Below, piece after piece: positions 30,860 through 40,436 of a DNA stretch of 61,930 nt (its first letter is position 1; every line of letters starts with the position of its first letter). A program made the translations under genes and the position numbers. Below the pieces are notes generated by a model. That model worked only from the letters and a program-made list of their open reading frames with translations, did not search any database and had not been told where the DNA came from. The stretch comes from Rhodothermales bacterium (lineage in GTDB: Bacteria; Bacteroidota; Rhodothermia; Rhodothermales; Bin80), in NCBI GenBank assembly GCA_022820435.1, contig JAJEFL010000191.1:1-61930 (forward strand), in the 5' to 3' direction.

Positions 30860-31581
30860 GCAGACTTTAATTCCTAACTGACGGGGTTGCATAGCGGCTT
30901 CTCCAAGTCTGGATACCTTAAGTATCTGGGGAAAGTACACATCAAATTCGGGCGCTTGAAGCAAAAGCATAAAGAGGTATCTCACTTGTATGAGGTGGTC
31001 ATCACGGACAAACCGGACCCTCGAAAAGGGCTGCGGTATGCCAGAAGTCTGACCTTTATCCAGAAAGCAACACATGAACAAAAATGTCGGGCTTCCGGTG
31101 GATATGTGATCCGCACCACGCATCTCGGCTTGAGCGTCGAACAGGTAGCACGAATATACTGGCGACTCACGGAGATTGAGAGTGCCTTCCGTGCCATGAA
31201 ATCGGACCTCGGACTCCGTCCTCTGTATCACCGCAAAAATAATCGGACCGAGTCGCACATGTTCCCCACCATTCTGGCGTATCCTGTCTCCCATTTGATC
31301 CGTTTTCAACTCAAACAGGCGGGACATCATCATAGTTGGGATACAATCCGAACGGAACTAACCAGATGCAGCGGGTCACCACAAGCCTGCCCAAAAGTAA
31401 ACACTGCTGCATGGTCACCGAAATTGATCAGGATTTATCGCCGTTACTGGCGGAACTCTTTCACATTCCCGGATTCTGGTACGACCTGATGAAACCCGAA
31501 CCAAAACCGAATACATCAAAGAACCCGCATGGATATGATTTTTCTTTTTTGGGTGGCCGAATGGTTCATTTTTAACATGGT
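30860..31581 (+). mobile_element. IS1634-family transposase C-terminal remnant (pseudogene)
   Basis: GYVIRT...YWRLTEIESAFRAMKSDLGLRPLYH...H...ILAY. Frameshift near 31360 into QRVTTSL; N-terminal part missing. Boundaries approximate. Confidence 0.78.
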
Positions 31582-31739
31582 GTCTGTGATGCGAGGATGA
31601 TGTCGATGGAACCTTTACGGATGTATTGGGATACATGCCCCGGCCGAGTTCGCATTCTGGGCTTGGCTGGTCTTGTCTCGGCAGCGATGAATGCCGAAAT
31701 GAGGCAGCGTTACACCTAAAACCAATCCATTTATGAACA

Positions 31740-32171
31740 ATGAGCAATCTCGTATTTTCCCATGCAGGTGAAAGCAAAAACGCCACCAAGTTTGTTGGCG
31801 AGTCAAGAAGTTTTCAAATTACCATTGATGAACCCCCTTCGCTGGGAGGAAAGGATGAAGCTGCCAATCCAGTTGAGTACACACTCGCTTCTCTGGCAGG
31901 CTGCTTGAATGTTGTAGCCCATCTGGTCGCTAAAGAGTTCGGGATTCAAATCGAATCTCTCAAAATTAACGTTGAGGGTGACCTGAACCCTGGTAAGCTG
32001 TTGAGTGGGGATTCTGCTGAAAGAGCCGGGTTTTCTGATATTCGTGTGAAACTTGATCTGGAATCTGATGCCGAGCCGAAACTTCTGGATCAGTGGCTGA
32101 CCGTCGTGCGGGATAGATGCCCTGTAACGGATAACCTCGCAAATGCGACCAATGTTGTCATTGCGCTCTGA
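31740..32171 (+). CDS. OsmC/Ohr-family protein
   Basis: DEPPSLGGKD..NPVE...LAGC and RCPVTDNL. Confidence 0.9.
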   Translation: MSNLVFSHAGESKNATKFVGESRSFQITIDEPPSLGGKDEAANPVEYTLASLAGCLNVVAHLVAKEFGIQIESLKINVEGDLNPGKLLSGDSAERAGFSDIRVKLDLESDAEPKLLDQWLTVVRDRCPVTDNLANATNVVIAL

Positions 32172-32220
32172 AGCGTCGGCAGTCATACAGATAATGATGG
32201 CTACGCCCTGATCGTCTATT

Positions 32221-32574
32221 ATGTCCGAAGACCGCCGAATTGACTACATTGAGTTCCCGTCTGGAGATTTTGAACGCACCAAAGGCTTTTACCAAAGTGT
32301 GTTTGGATGGACATTCGAGGATTATGGTGAGAACTATACTGCCTTCAATGATGGTCGGCTGGATGGTGGTTTCTATCGATCTCCGCTGAAATCTGATCCT
32401 TCTCTCGGTGCCGTACTGGTCGTTCTGTATGCAGATGATTTAGAGGGAACCATGGAGCGGATTACCGATGCAGGCGGGCAGATAAGTAGACAGATTTTTT
32501 CTTTTCCCGGTGGTCGGAGGTTTCACTTCCTTGATCCCAGCGGGAATGAATTGGCAGTATGGAGTGATTCGTAG
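32221..32574 (+). CDS. VOC/glyoxalase-family protein
   Basis: IDYIEF, FYQSVFGW and FPGGRRFHFLDPSGNELAVWS. Confidence 0.92.
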   Translation: MSEDRRIDYIEFPSGDFERTKGFYQSVFGWTFEDYGENYTAFNDGRLDGGFYRSPLKSDPSLGAVLVVLYADDLEGTMERITDAGGQISRQIFSFPGGRRFHFLDPSGNELAVWSDS

Positions 32575-32619
32575 CTGGTCAGAGGGATTGGATATCCGTT
32601 CAATGCCTTGAATCACTCT

Positions 32620-33315
32620 CTACAGGGGGGTACAGGAAAGCCTGACTTGAGTGTCTATTTTTGCAATGTGCAGGTCGGCAATTGAGTTTACAATGAGATC
32701 GGCCTCTTTCAGGTCATCAGGCAGATTGGTTGTCTGAACCGCAATCACTTGTGCCCCGGCAGACTTGCCGGACTGGATGCCTGCGGGTGCATCTTCGATA
32801 ACGATGCAGTGCTTAATGTGTTGGCTTAGCCCCCATGCAGCACGCAGGTAGGGGTACGGGGCCGGTTTTCCCTGACCAATATCGTCTCCGCTGACAAACA
32901 CCTTTGGCATCGGCAATCCGACATGGCGAAGCATCCGCAGGGCGGATGTGCGCGGTGCACTTGTTGCAATTGCCCAGCGGTCTGCAGGGAGCTGCCGAAG
33001 CAGGGAGGCAACGCCTGGAAACAATCGCACATGTTCCAGATGACGATTGGCGGCCAGTCCCTCCCGGTAAGCCTCAGCTTCTATGATCGGGTTCAGATGG
33101 GGAGCCACCAGCCGGATCGTTTCCGTAACCGGGCGGCCGTGATGAATTTCCAGAATATGGTCCAGCGATACGCGCCGCTCCTTTGCCCAGATTGCCCAGT
33201 GTGCTTCGTAGACATGGTTGGAATCTATAAGTACACCGTCAAGATCAAACAGTAATGCGTCACAGGTAAGAGTTGTCACAGTGCCATAAGAAAATGAATA
33301 GAGGTGCTTCAACAA
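32620..33315 (-). CDS. HAD-IA family phosphatase (sugar/glycerol-phosphate phosphatase-like)
   Basis: FDLDGVLIDS, ATSA, GKPAP and IEDAPAG. Confidence 0.9.
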   Translation of the reverse strand: MLKHLYSFSYGTVTTLTCDALLFDLDGVLIDSNHVYEAHWAIWAKERRVSLDHILEIHHGRPVTETIRLVAPHLNPIIEAEAYREGLAANRHLEHVRLFPGVASLLRQLPADRWAIATSAPRTSALRMLRHVGLPMPKVFVSGDDIGQGKPAPYPYLRAAWGLSQHIKHCIVIEDAPAGIQSGKSAGAQVIAVQTTNLPDDLKEADLIVNSIADLHIAKIDTQVRLSCTPL

Positions 33316-33397
33316 TCTGATACATTATTCGGTTGGGATGGTATAAAGCGCCGGCTTGAGTATCTTCATATTCCCAGGAACATAAAACAGAACGGTT

Positions 33398-34579
33398 GTG
33401 CCCATACCTTCACGGTCAGAGCGCATGATGTCGGTGCAAATGCCCGTAATGGGATTTGTGGCAGATCTTATGCGGGATAATCCAGGAACCATTTCACTCG
33501 GACAGGGCGTGGTTCATTATGCTCCCCCGGCGGCAGCGCTCAAAGCCGCCGCCGAAGCAGTCAACCGTCCAGATACCCATGGTTATGGGTATGTCATCGG
33601 CAGGCAGGAACTTCGAAGTGCATTTGCACAGAAACTCAATGCAGAAAATCAGTTAGATCCCGGCTATGAAGTTGTTGTGACGGCAGGCAGCAACATGGCG
33701 TTCTTTGCATCGCTATTGGCGGTGACGAGCCCGGGCGATGAAGTGATTCTGCTTGTTCCGTACTATTTCAATCACGAAATGGCAGCGCGTATTGCCGGCT
33801 GCAAACCGGTATTTGTGAAACTTGGCGATTCGTTGATCCCGGATGCAACTGCCATTGAGCGTGCAATCACGCCCAGAACCCGTGCAGTCGTTACGATCTC
33901 ACCGAATAATCCAACCGGGATTGTATACCCCCCGGATGTGCTCAAGTCCATCAATGACCTGTGTGCTGCAAACGGCATCTATCATATGTCCGACGAGGCA
34001 TATGAATACTTCACGTTTGCGGGAGCCAGGCATTATTCGCCAGGGAGTGCTCCCGGTGCACATGCGCATACCATTTCACTTTTTTCCATGAGCAAAGCGT
34101 ACGGGATGGCAGGTTGGCGACTGGGATATATGGCGATCCCGCCGCATATTCTGTCCGATGTCCGGAAAATCCAGGATACGAATCAGATTTGTCCAGCAAT
34201 GCTGAGTCAGGTTGCAGCACTCCAGGCGTTAGAAGAAGGGAGTAACTATTGCAGGCAGTATCTGAGTTCCATGGCCAAAGTACGTGCAATGGTTTTACAG
34301 CGTCTGCAGAACATACAGGCCCCCGTTAAGATTTCTGTTTCAGAGGGTGCGTTTTATTTTCTGTTAACGGTGTGTCCGGACACTTTGGACTCGCCGCTTG
34401 ATGCGAAGACACTCACAACACGTTTAATTCGGGAGTATGGCGTGGCTGTAATTCCTGGAGATACATTTGGGCTGGAAGGGGAGACCAGTCTTCGGATTGC
34501 GTATGGTGCCCTTCAGGAATCAACATTGACCGAGGCATTAAACCGCCTGGTCCGGGGACTTGAAGGGCTGACGGGCTAA
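33398..34579 (+). CDS. PLP-dependent aminotransferase, class I/II
   Basis: SLGQG, PNNPTG, SDEAY and SMSKAYGMAGWRLG. Confidence 0.92.
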   Translation: MPIPSRSERMMSVQMPVMGFVADLMRDNPGTISLGQGVVHYAPPAAALKAAAEAVNRPDTHGYGYVIGRQELRSAFAQKLNAENQLDPGYEVVVTAGSNMAFFASLLAVTSPGDEVILLVPYYFNHEMAARIAGCKPVFVKLGDSLIPDATAIERAITPRTRAVVTISPNNPTGIVYPPDVLKSINDLCAANGIYHMSDEAYEYFTFAGARHYSPGSAPGAHAHTISLFSMSKAYGMAGWRLGYMAIPPHILSDVRKIQDTNQICPAMLSQVAALQALEEGSNYCRQYLSSMAKVRAMVLQRLQNIQAPVKISVSEGAFYFLLTVCPDTLDSPLDAKTLTTRLIREYGVAVIPGDTFGLEGETSLRIAYGALQESTLTEALNRLVRGLEGLTG

Positions 34580-34646
34580 CCAGTGATCCATACGTATGAG
34601 ACTTTTAGGTAATGGCGAACGCCTCTCAAAAACACACCGATCTCCT

Positions 34647-35981
34647 TCATTCCCCGGATTGAATCGGAGGCAGTGCAGGCATGTGATTCATGACCGCCTG
34701 CAGTTTATTTTTTGCTAGTTGAGTCTGCTCGTCAAGCGTAGAGTCCGCCCAGTTCCGTAATTCATCCGGGTCCTGGGCCCAGTTGACAAACCTGCCGTCT
34801 CCATAGAGCTTCCATGTATGGTCCTGCACCCATCTTGCGGGTGTAAACCGCCCCCATCTCGGATCATAATGGCAATAGATCCAACTGCGTACGGTATCTG
34901 CCTGGCCAGTCAACTGGTCATAAAAACTCAGTCCATCTGACCTGAAGTCGTCAGGAATAACCATCCCGGCTGTTTTCATCAGGGTTGGCAGGAAATCTGT
35001 AAAATCTATCAACGCATGATTGATTGTATTCTCCGGGATCGTTTCAGGCCAGTAAGCAATGAGGGGTACATGTGTCCCGGCCGTTACGGGATCGGCTTTT
35101 CTGCCCTGAATAAGACCTGTTTTGTACCGGGAGGAGATGCCTCGGTGCGTTCCATTGTCGGCTGTGAATAAAACCAGTGTATTGCGATCAAGTCCTAACT
35201 CATGCAGTTTGCCGGTGATGCGTCCAACCAGATGATCCACATACCCCACCATGGGAGCGAAGTACGCGGGATCACTATGTGCAGTTCGAACCTCAAGGCG
35301 GTCAAAATCAGGATGATCGGGCGGTGGCAAAAATGGGTCATGCGGCAGAGCCATCGGGAAATACATAAAGAAGGGTTCATTCTGATGCCGTTCAAAGAAG
35401 TCCTCAATATAATCGGTATAGAGATCCGGTCCATACAGATCGGGGAATATTTCAGGTGCCTGTCCAGCGTAATGTATGGTAGGGGACTTGTAGCGGCTGC
35501 CGCGCTCTATATATTGCCAGAGTGCAAATTCCTGAAATCCCGCTTCATCTGGAGTCGCACCGCCCCGTCCTGCGAGTTCCCGCTGATAGGTATTCCCGTA
35601 TAACTGCCATTTTCCTGCAATGCCGGTTTTGTAACCGGCATCCCGAAGCAAATGGGCAAATGTCCGTTCGGCTGGATCCAGCAGCCCAAATCCAATGTAA
35701 TTTCGAAAATTATATTTGCCGGTCATCAACTGCACCCTCGTCGGTGTGCAGAGCGGTGTAGAAAATGCGTGTGTGAAGCGCATTCCGTGTTGGGCGAGGG
35801 AATCCAGATGTGGTGTATCATAACTCAAACCACCATTAATTCCCAGTGTCTCGTAGCCCATATCATCGGCCATAATGAGTACGATATTCGGCGGATGCTC
35901 TGGTGCACAGGCAGCAAGCAGCAGCAAAGGCAGAAAACGAACGACCAAGGTGGAAGGAATAACAGATTCAAAATTCATCAT
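34647..35981 (-). CDS. Sulfatase (S1), lipoprotein
   Basis: MADDMG, CTPTRVQLMTG, GKW, ADNG and lipobox LAAC. Confidence 0.92.
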   Translation of the reverse strand: MMNFESVIPSTLVVRFLPLLLLAACAPEHPPNIVLIMADDMGYETLGINGGLSYDTPHLDSLAQHGMRFTHAFSTPLCTPTRVQLMTGKYNFRNYIGFGLLDPAERTFAHLLRDAGYKTGIAGKWQLYGNTYQRELAGRGGATPDEAGFQEFALWQYIERGSRYKSPTIHYAGQAPEIFPDLYGPDLYTDYIEDFFERHQNEPFFMYFPMALPHDPFLPPPDHPDFDRLEVRTAHSDPAYFAPMVGYVDHLVGRITGKLHELGLDRNTLVLFTADNGTHRGISSRYKTGLIQGRKADPVTAGTHVPLIAYWPETIPENTINHALIDFTDFLPTLMKTAGMVIPDDFRSDGLSFYDQLTGQADTVRSWIYCHYDPRWGRFTPARWVQDHTWKLYGDGRFVNWAQDPDELRNWADSTLDEQTQLAKNKLQAVMNHMPALPPIQSGE

Positions 35982-36067
35982 TGCTTCCAGATATTTGCCG
36001 GATCAGGATAAGAATCAGATATTGGTTCAAACGGACAGGGGAAGCCGTGATGAAAGCATGCTGCGGG

Positions 36068-39004
36068 TTATTCGGATAGCAGCCAGGTTCGTGCATTTGC
36101 AACGATACGTTTGTAGGCAGCAAGGTCATGGGCGCGTTCATCGTGGCCAAGTGTATTCACGACAATTCTGGCATCCCCAACCTGACGGGCCCAGATTACT
36201 GGATACACCTCGCCGGTTTCATGGGAGCGTCCGATAGCAAGAATGCTAGCATTCGCATCCGGCAGGAGTTCTGTTCGGTACAGTTCATCGGTGATCTCAA
36301 ATCTGTCCGGCAATCCATCCATGAGCGGATGATTGGGCTGGAGTACCTCGACCGAAAAAGCTTGCAGAGTTTCGTGGCTGCGGGCACCGCCGCCAACCAG
36401 AAATTCATTGTAGGCAGGCCAATCTTCCCAGTTATACCAGGAGGCAGGGTGGGTAATCATGAGTGGTCGGCCGGCCTTCACATGCTGCATGATTGCCTGA
36501 CGGCTCTCTGGCCTCTCAATCAGTTTATTGTTTGCAAGTGCGAGCAAGGAGGCATTTTGCAGCAGTTCGTCAAATGTTCTGTCGGGAGTTTCAGTGTACA
36601 CATAGGTTCGATCTCCCGCTCCAAACAGGACCTGGCCATCCGAAAAACCAAATACCTTTGAGTGATAATGGGACTGGGAACTGCGACTGGCGCTCCCTGC
36701 CAGATACACAATAGCGGCGAGGTCGGCGTTGGAACCCGCCCATGACCAGCCTGCGTCATTGCGCCGCAACAGTGGAGGATCTAAAATCTCCAGGGTCCCT
36801 TGCATCAGCGCCCAGTGTCCAGGTACGGTACACAGGAAGGGATAGGTCCCCTTGGAAAGTGGTCCAATGCTAAAGGCCGCAGATTCACTTTGCGATAATA
36901 CACCGGTAGATCCGAGAACCTGTTCGGATCGGGAAGGCGGGATATATTCGGTGTCGGCACTGGAAGGGTTGGTCATGTAGCGATCCAAATCCTGCCCGAA
37001 TGCCTGCGCATCGATCCCCGGATGCAGAAGAGCAACATTGTGGAGGTCGGGATGCAGGTTCATAAAATCAATTGTGATCTCCTGCCCCGCAAAGGCCTTA
37101 AGGGTTGAAGTGCTAAATCGCATAAGGCCGTCTGGCGCCGTCAGTATGAGACGGGCAGGGGGGAAGCCGCTCGGCTCCCTTTTTTCAATCGGATCGGGTT
37201 CACGCCTGACCATTCCAATAGGTGCCATGGCATCATAGGCCGCCACAATCCATGCATCTCCACCTTGTATCGCTCTGCGTGCTTCGGTGAGCATTCGGGG
37301 ATGCGAAAAGGGACCAAAATCCCCTGCTGCCAGAAGAGCAGTCAGACGAATATGGAGATCTTCATCTCGAAAAGCACCGTGCTCAATGAGGAGTTCTGCA
37401 CTCTGACGGGTCGGAGGGAGGGTCTGGATTCCAGCTTTGCGCACCGCAGGAGATGGATGGGTCAACGCCGCGGCAGAAACGCTTGCCAGTGCATCTTCTG
37501 CTCCCAGCCCCTTCAGTACCCACAGCGCATGCACTGCACCCGGATCAAAGCCGGTTTCATCCAGAGCATGGCGGGTGACGAACTCAGTCAGATCGTCTTC
37601 CAGCCCCTCTGCGGCGCTTTCAAGCAGCATTCGCTGGGCTGTAAGGCGCCAAAACTGGTTGGTACTCTGAAGGGCTTCCAGTAGACCTTCGGGATCGTCA
37701 TAAGAGAGGCTTTCCGGGGAAGGCGATGCACCAAACGTGATAACATAGACGCGTCCATGCTCCCGGTCACGCAGGGGATTCAAGTGCGCATTACCGGGAC
37801 CGGGGTTGTCGTTCCAGATTTGATTGACCATGCCCCGCCGGTCAGGATTGTGCTGGATCACCGGGTTATACCAGTCTGCAACCCACAGATTCTCGTCAGG
37901 ACCGATATCGGCAAAAACTGGCGCAACCCACTCATCACTACTGGCCAGAATATTCAAAATTTCTCCTTCCGTCTCCCTCTCCACACTTCCATCCGGCTCC
38001 ATTTGATTTGCATGCACGACATGAGCAGTGGGTTCGGCCACCATCAGGGCTCCCCAGTACTGAGATGGAAAGCGGCGACCATTGTAGGGGAATGCCCCCG
38101 CAGCGGCCGTGTAGCCATCCCGAAAATCCACCTGCTGAAGTTGGCGCGGTGATGAATGTCGTACCAGATAATGACTTTGAACATTGGCGACATTCATACT
38201 CGCTTTGTATCGCAACGGGATCCCCACGACAATCGCATGATTATTATTGGCGGTTGATCCATAGATCGTGTTATCCTCCCCGATCCCGAGCCCCCATGTA
38301 TTGTTGTTGAATTCTGCAATAGGTTCCAGTCTGGTTCCATCGGTTCGTACACGGAATACGCCTCTGCGCAGGATCAGTGCCTCTGGATCAGGGGCGCGTC
38401 CAGGTTCAAAGAGTCCACTGTAGCCAACCGCTCCCCAAAGGAAATTGTCAATGCCGATTTTCAGATTACTCATCACAGCGTGGGTATCGTACGTGCCGAA
38501 GGCATTCTCCACAACCACATGCTTTCTGTCCGCGCGGTCATCACCGTCTGTATCTTCCAGGAATACCAGGTCCGGTGCCTGCCCGACGATGGCTCCTCCT
38601 TTGATCAGAGCAATCCCGGTGGTTAAAGGAAGATTTTCTGCAAACCTTATAAACCGGTCCGCTTTGTAATCGCCGTCTGTGTCTTCGCAGATTGTAATCC
38701 GATCCGTACCCGACTCTTCACCAACATGGTCGTGTGGGTAGTTGGTTGATTCCACAACCCACAGTCGTCCCCGCTCATCCCAGGTGAGTGCAATTGGGTT
38801 AATAATATCCGGTTCATGTGCAAATACATGGACATTAAAACCGCTGGGCACCTCCAGACGTGTCAATGTTTCTTCAGGGGTCAGGGGGGCCTGGAGTTCA
38901 TGGGTGGTTACGCTGTTGCTTGTGGAGAAATAATGCAGACTGGCTTCTCCAGAGCAACTGCACAGGAGCAGGAGAATCAAAAGAGATGGTGTGAAGGAGT
39001 GCAT
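36068..39004 (-). CDS. PVC-type membrane-bound dehydrogenase-like lipoprotein: beta-propeller, HEAT repeats, azurin-like blue-copper domain, ThuA-like domain
   Basis: FAHEPDIINP...WDERGRLWV...EDTDGD, ADWYN.VIQHN; type-1 copper ligands HN...CTVPGH...M; C-terminal ITDELY...LGHD. Confidence 0.78.
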   Translation of the reverse strand: MHSFTPSLLILLLLCSCSGEASLHYFSTSNSVTTHELQAPLTPEETLTRLEVPSGFNVHVFAHEPDIINPIALTWDERGRLWVVESTNYPHDHVGEESGTDRITICEDTDGDYKADRFIRFAENLPLTTGIALIKGGAIVGQAPDLVFLEDTDGDDRADRKHVVVENAFGTYDTHAVMSNLKIGIDNFLWGAVGYSGLFEPGRAPDPEALILRRGVFRVRTDGTRLEPIAEFNNNTWGLGIGEDNTIYGSTANNNHAIVVGIPLRYKASMNVANVQSHYLVRHSSPRQLQQVDFRDGYTAAAGAFPYNGRRFPSQYWGALMVAEPTAHVVHANQMEPDGSVERETEGEILNILASSDEWVAPVFADIGPDENLWVADWYNPVIQHNPDRRGMVNQIWNDNPGPGNAHLNPLRDREHGRVYVITFGASPSPESLSYDDPEGLLEALQSTNQFWRLTAQRMLLESAAEGLEDDLTEFVTRHALDETGFDPGAVHALWVLKGLGAEDALASVSAAALTHPSPAVRKAGIQTLPPTRQSAELLIEHGAFRDEDLHIRLTALLAAGDFGPFSHPRMLTEARRAIQGGDAWIVAAYDAMAPIGMVRREPDPIEKREPSGFPPARLILTAPDGLMRFSTSTLKAFAGQEITIDFMNLHPDLHNVALLHPGIDAQAFGQDLDRYMTNPSSADTEYIPPSRSEQVLGSTGVLSQSESAAFSIGPLSKGTYPFLCTVPGHWALMQGTLEILDPPLLRRNDAGWSWAGSNADLAAIVYLAGSASRSSQSHYHSKVFGFSDGQVLFGAGDRTYVYTETPDRTFDELLQNASLLALANNKLIERPESRQAIMQHVKAGRPLMITHPASWYNWEDWPAYNEFLVGGGARSHETLQAFSVEVLQPNHPLMDGLPDRFEITDELYRTELLPDANASILAIGRSHETGEVYPVIWARQVGDARIVVNTLGHDERAHDLAAYKRIVANARTWLLSE

Positions 39005-39009
39005 GTGAA

Positions 39010-39417
39010 TCAGGAATTACGGGGCCGAAGTGTACTCCATGGTTTCTGGTCGGATAAATCTTCAGCGAGCGGTTGGTTAAGTTCCGTCGGGGTTAATGCC
39101 ACAAAGAGGGTCGCAGGGGTATTTCCGGTATTGAAGGAAGCGTGAGGTACTCCTGCGGGGATCACTGCCGCATCTCCAGGGCCTAAACGTTGACAGGTAT
39201 CGTTAATCCATTGTTCAACGGTCCCCTCCAGGATGAGGATCAATTCTTCACGGCCGGGATGCCGGTGAAAGTCATGCCCCTTGCCAGGGTGAATCTCGGC
39301 TTTTGCAGCAAAGAGGCCTGGGGTAACGGGGGCTGGATAATTGATCCAGATATTGGTTCCCTGATCAACAGGTTCCACAAAATGGAAATTTTCAGGTAGA
39401 AAGAATTGTCGGGACAT
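39010..39417 (-). CDS. Cupin-domain protein
   Basis: HDFHRHPGREE and IPAGVPH metal-binding motifs. Confidence 0.9.
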   Translation of the reverse strand: MSRQFFLPENFHFVEPVDQGTNIWINYPAPVTPGLFAAKAEIHPGKGHDFHRHPGREELILILEGTVEQWINDTCQRLGPGDAAVIPAGVPHASFNTGNTPATLFVALTPTELNQPLAEDLSDQKPWSTLRPRNS

Positions 39418-40307
39418 TAGCGTTTACGGGCTGCTGGACACGGGATCTGTTTGAACTCGTTGGTGATCTGGATCAGTGATTCTTCAACCCCCATACGCTC
39501 AAGGCTGCTGGCTCCCACAAATCCAACTGTGTCGGAATGTTCATTGATGTAGGCAGCGTCTGATGGCGTACAGATGGGGCCTCCATGGCTTAGGAAGAGA
39601 ATGTCTGGCCGGATGCTGCGGGCGGCTTCGATAATTTCCTGCGTGCGTGCGGCCGCTTCTTCAAGTGTACAACTGGCATCGGTTACGCCAATAGATCCCC
39701 CGATTGTACAGCCTACATGCGCAATGATCACATCCGCGCCCGCTTCGGCCATCTTTCGGGATTCTTCCGGTGTGGCAACATAGACGATCGAGAACAGATC
39801 AATCCCGTCTTTCTGTGCCAACGCGACCATGTCTATCTCATGTTGCACACTCATGCCGGTTTCCTCAAGAACCTGTCGGAACAGGCCATCTACGATTGCG
39901 TGAGTGGGAAAATTATTGATCCCGCTAAATCCCATGTCTTTCACTTTCAGGAGATGATGCCAGATGCGCCGGCGCGGATCAGAAGCATGGACCCCGCAGA
40001 TTACAGGGATCTCCTTTACCACCGGAAGTACTTCAAATTCACCGATTTCCATGGCGACTGCATTCGCATCCCCATAGGCCATGAGTCCAGCGGTTGATCC
40101 ATGTCCCGACATACGAAAACGTCCCGAGTTATAGATAATCAGAAGATCCGCACCGCCCTTCTCAATAAATTTGGCACTGATTCCCGTACCGGCCCCGGCA
40201 GCGATAATCGGTTCCCCGTGATCCAGTTTGGCATGTAGTCGTTCAAGAACTTCGGTACGTGTGTATGGATTACCAATTCCGGTCCAGGGATTGGGCATAA
40301 GGATCAT
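39417..40307 (-). CDS. Phosphoenolpyruvate-hydrolase-like TIM-barrel protein (Tm-1 C-terminal-like)
   Basis: GAGTGISAK, IIYNSGRFRM, YGDAN, NFPT, HGGPI and GASSLER. Confidence 0.88.
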   Translation of the reverse strand: MILMPNPWTGIGNPYTRTEVLERLHAKLDHGEPIIAAGAGTGISAKFIEKGGADLLIIYNSGRFRMSGHGSTAGLMAYGDANAVAMEIGEFEVLPVVKEIPVICGVHASDPRRRIWHHLLKVKDMGFSGINNFPTHAIVDGLFRQVLEETGMSVQHEIDMVALAQKDGIDLFSIVYVATPEESRKMAEAGADVIIAHVGCTIGGSIGVTDASCTLEEAAARTQEIIEAARSIRPDILFLSHGGPICTPSDAAYINEHSDTVGFVGASSLERMGVEESLIQITNEFKQIPCPAARKR

Positions 40308-40436
40308 GGGTCAGTTGTGGCTATAAGATAAGGGCAGATCAGGATCATTGTGCCCATTTCGCAGGAATATCATTCTTTGAGTAGGTAATCATCAGCGCAA
40401 AATCTTATATTAAAGGTTCGTGCAACACCGAAACAG

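Noticed and set aside
30797-31333. 178-aa minus-strand ORF containing a second CxxC (VCYGC)
   Set aside because: It is mostly the antisense shadow of the IS1634 remnant; the resemblance to the peptide's VCYFC is probably coincidental.
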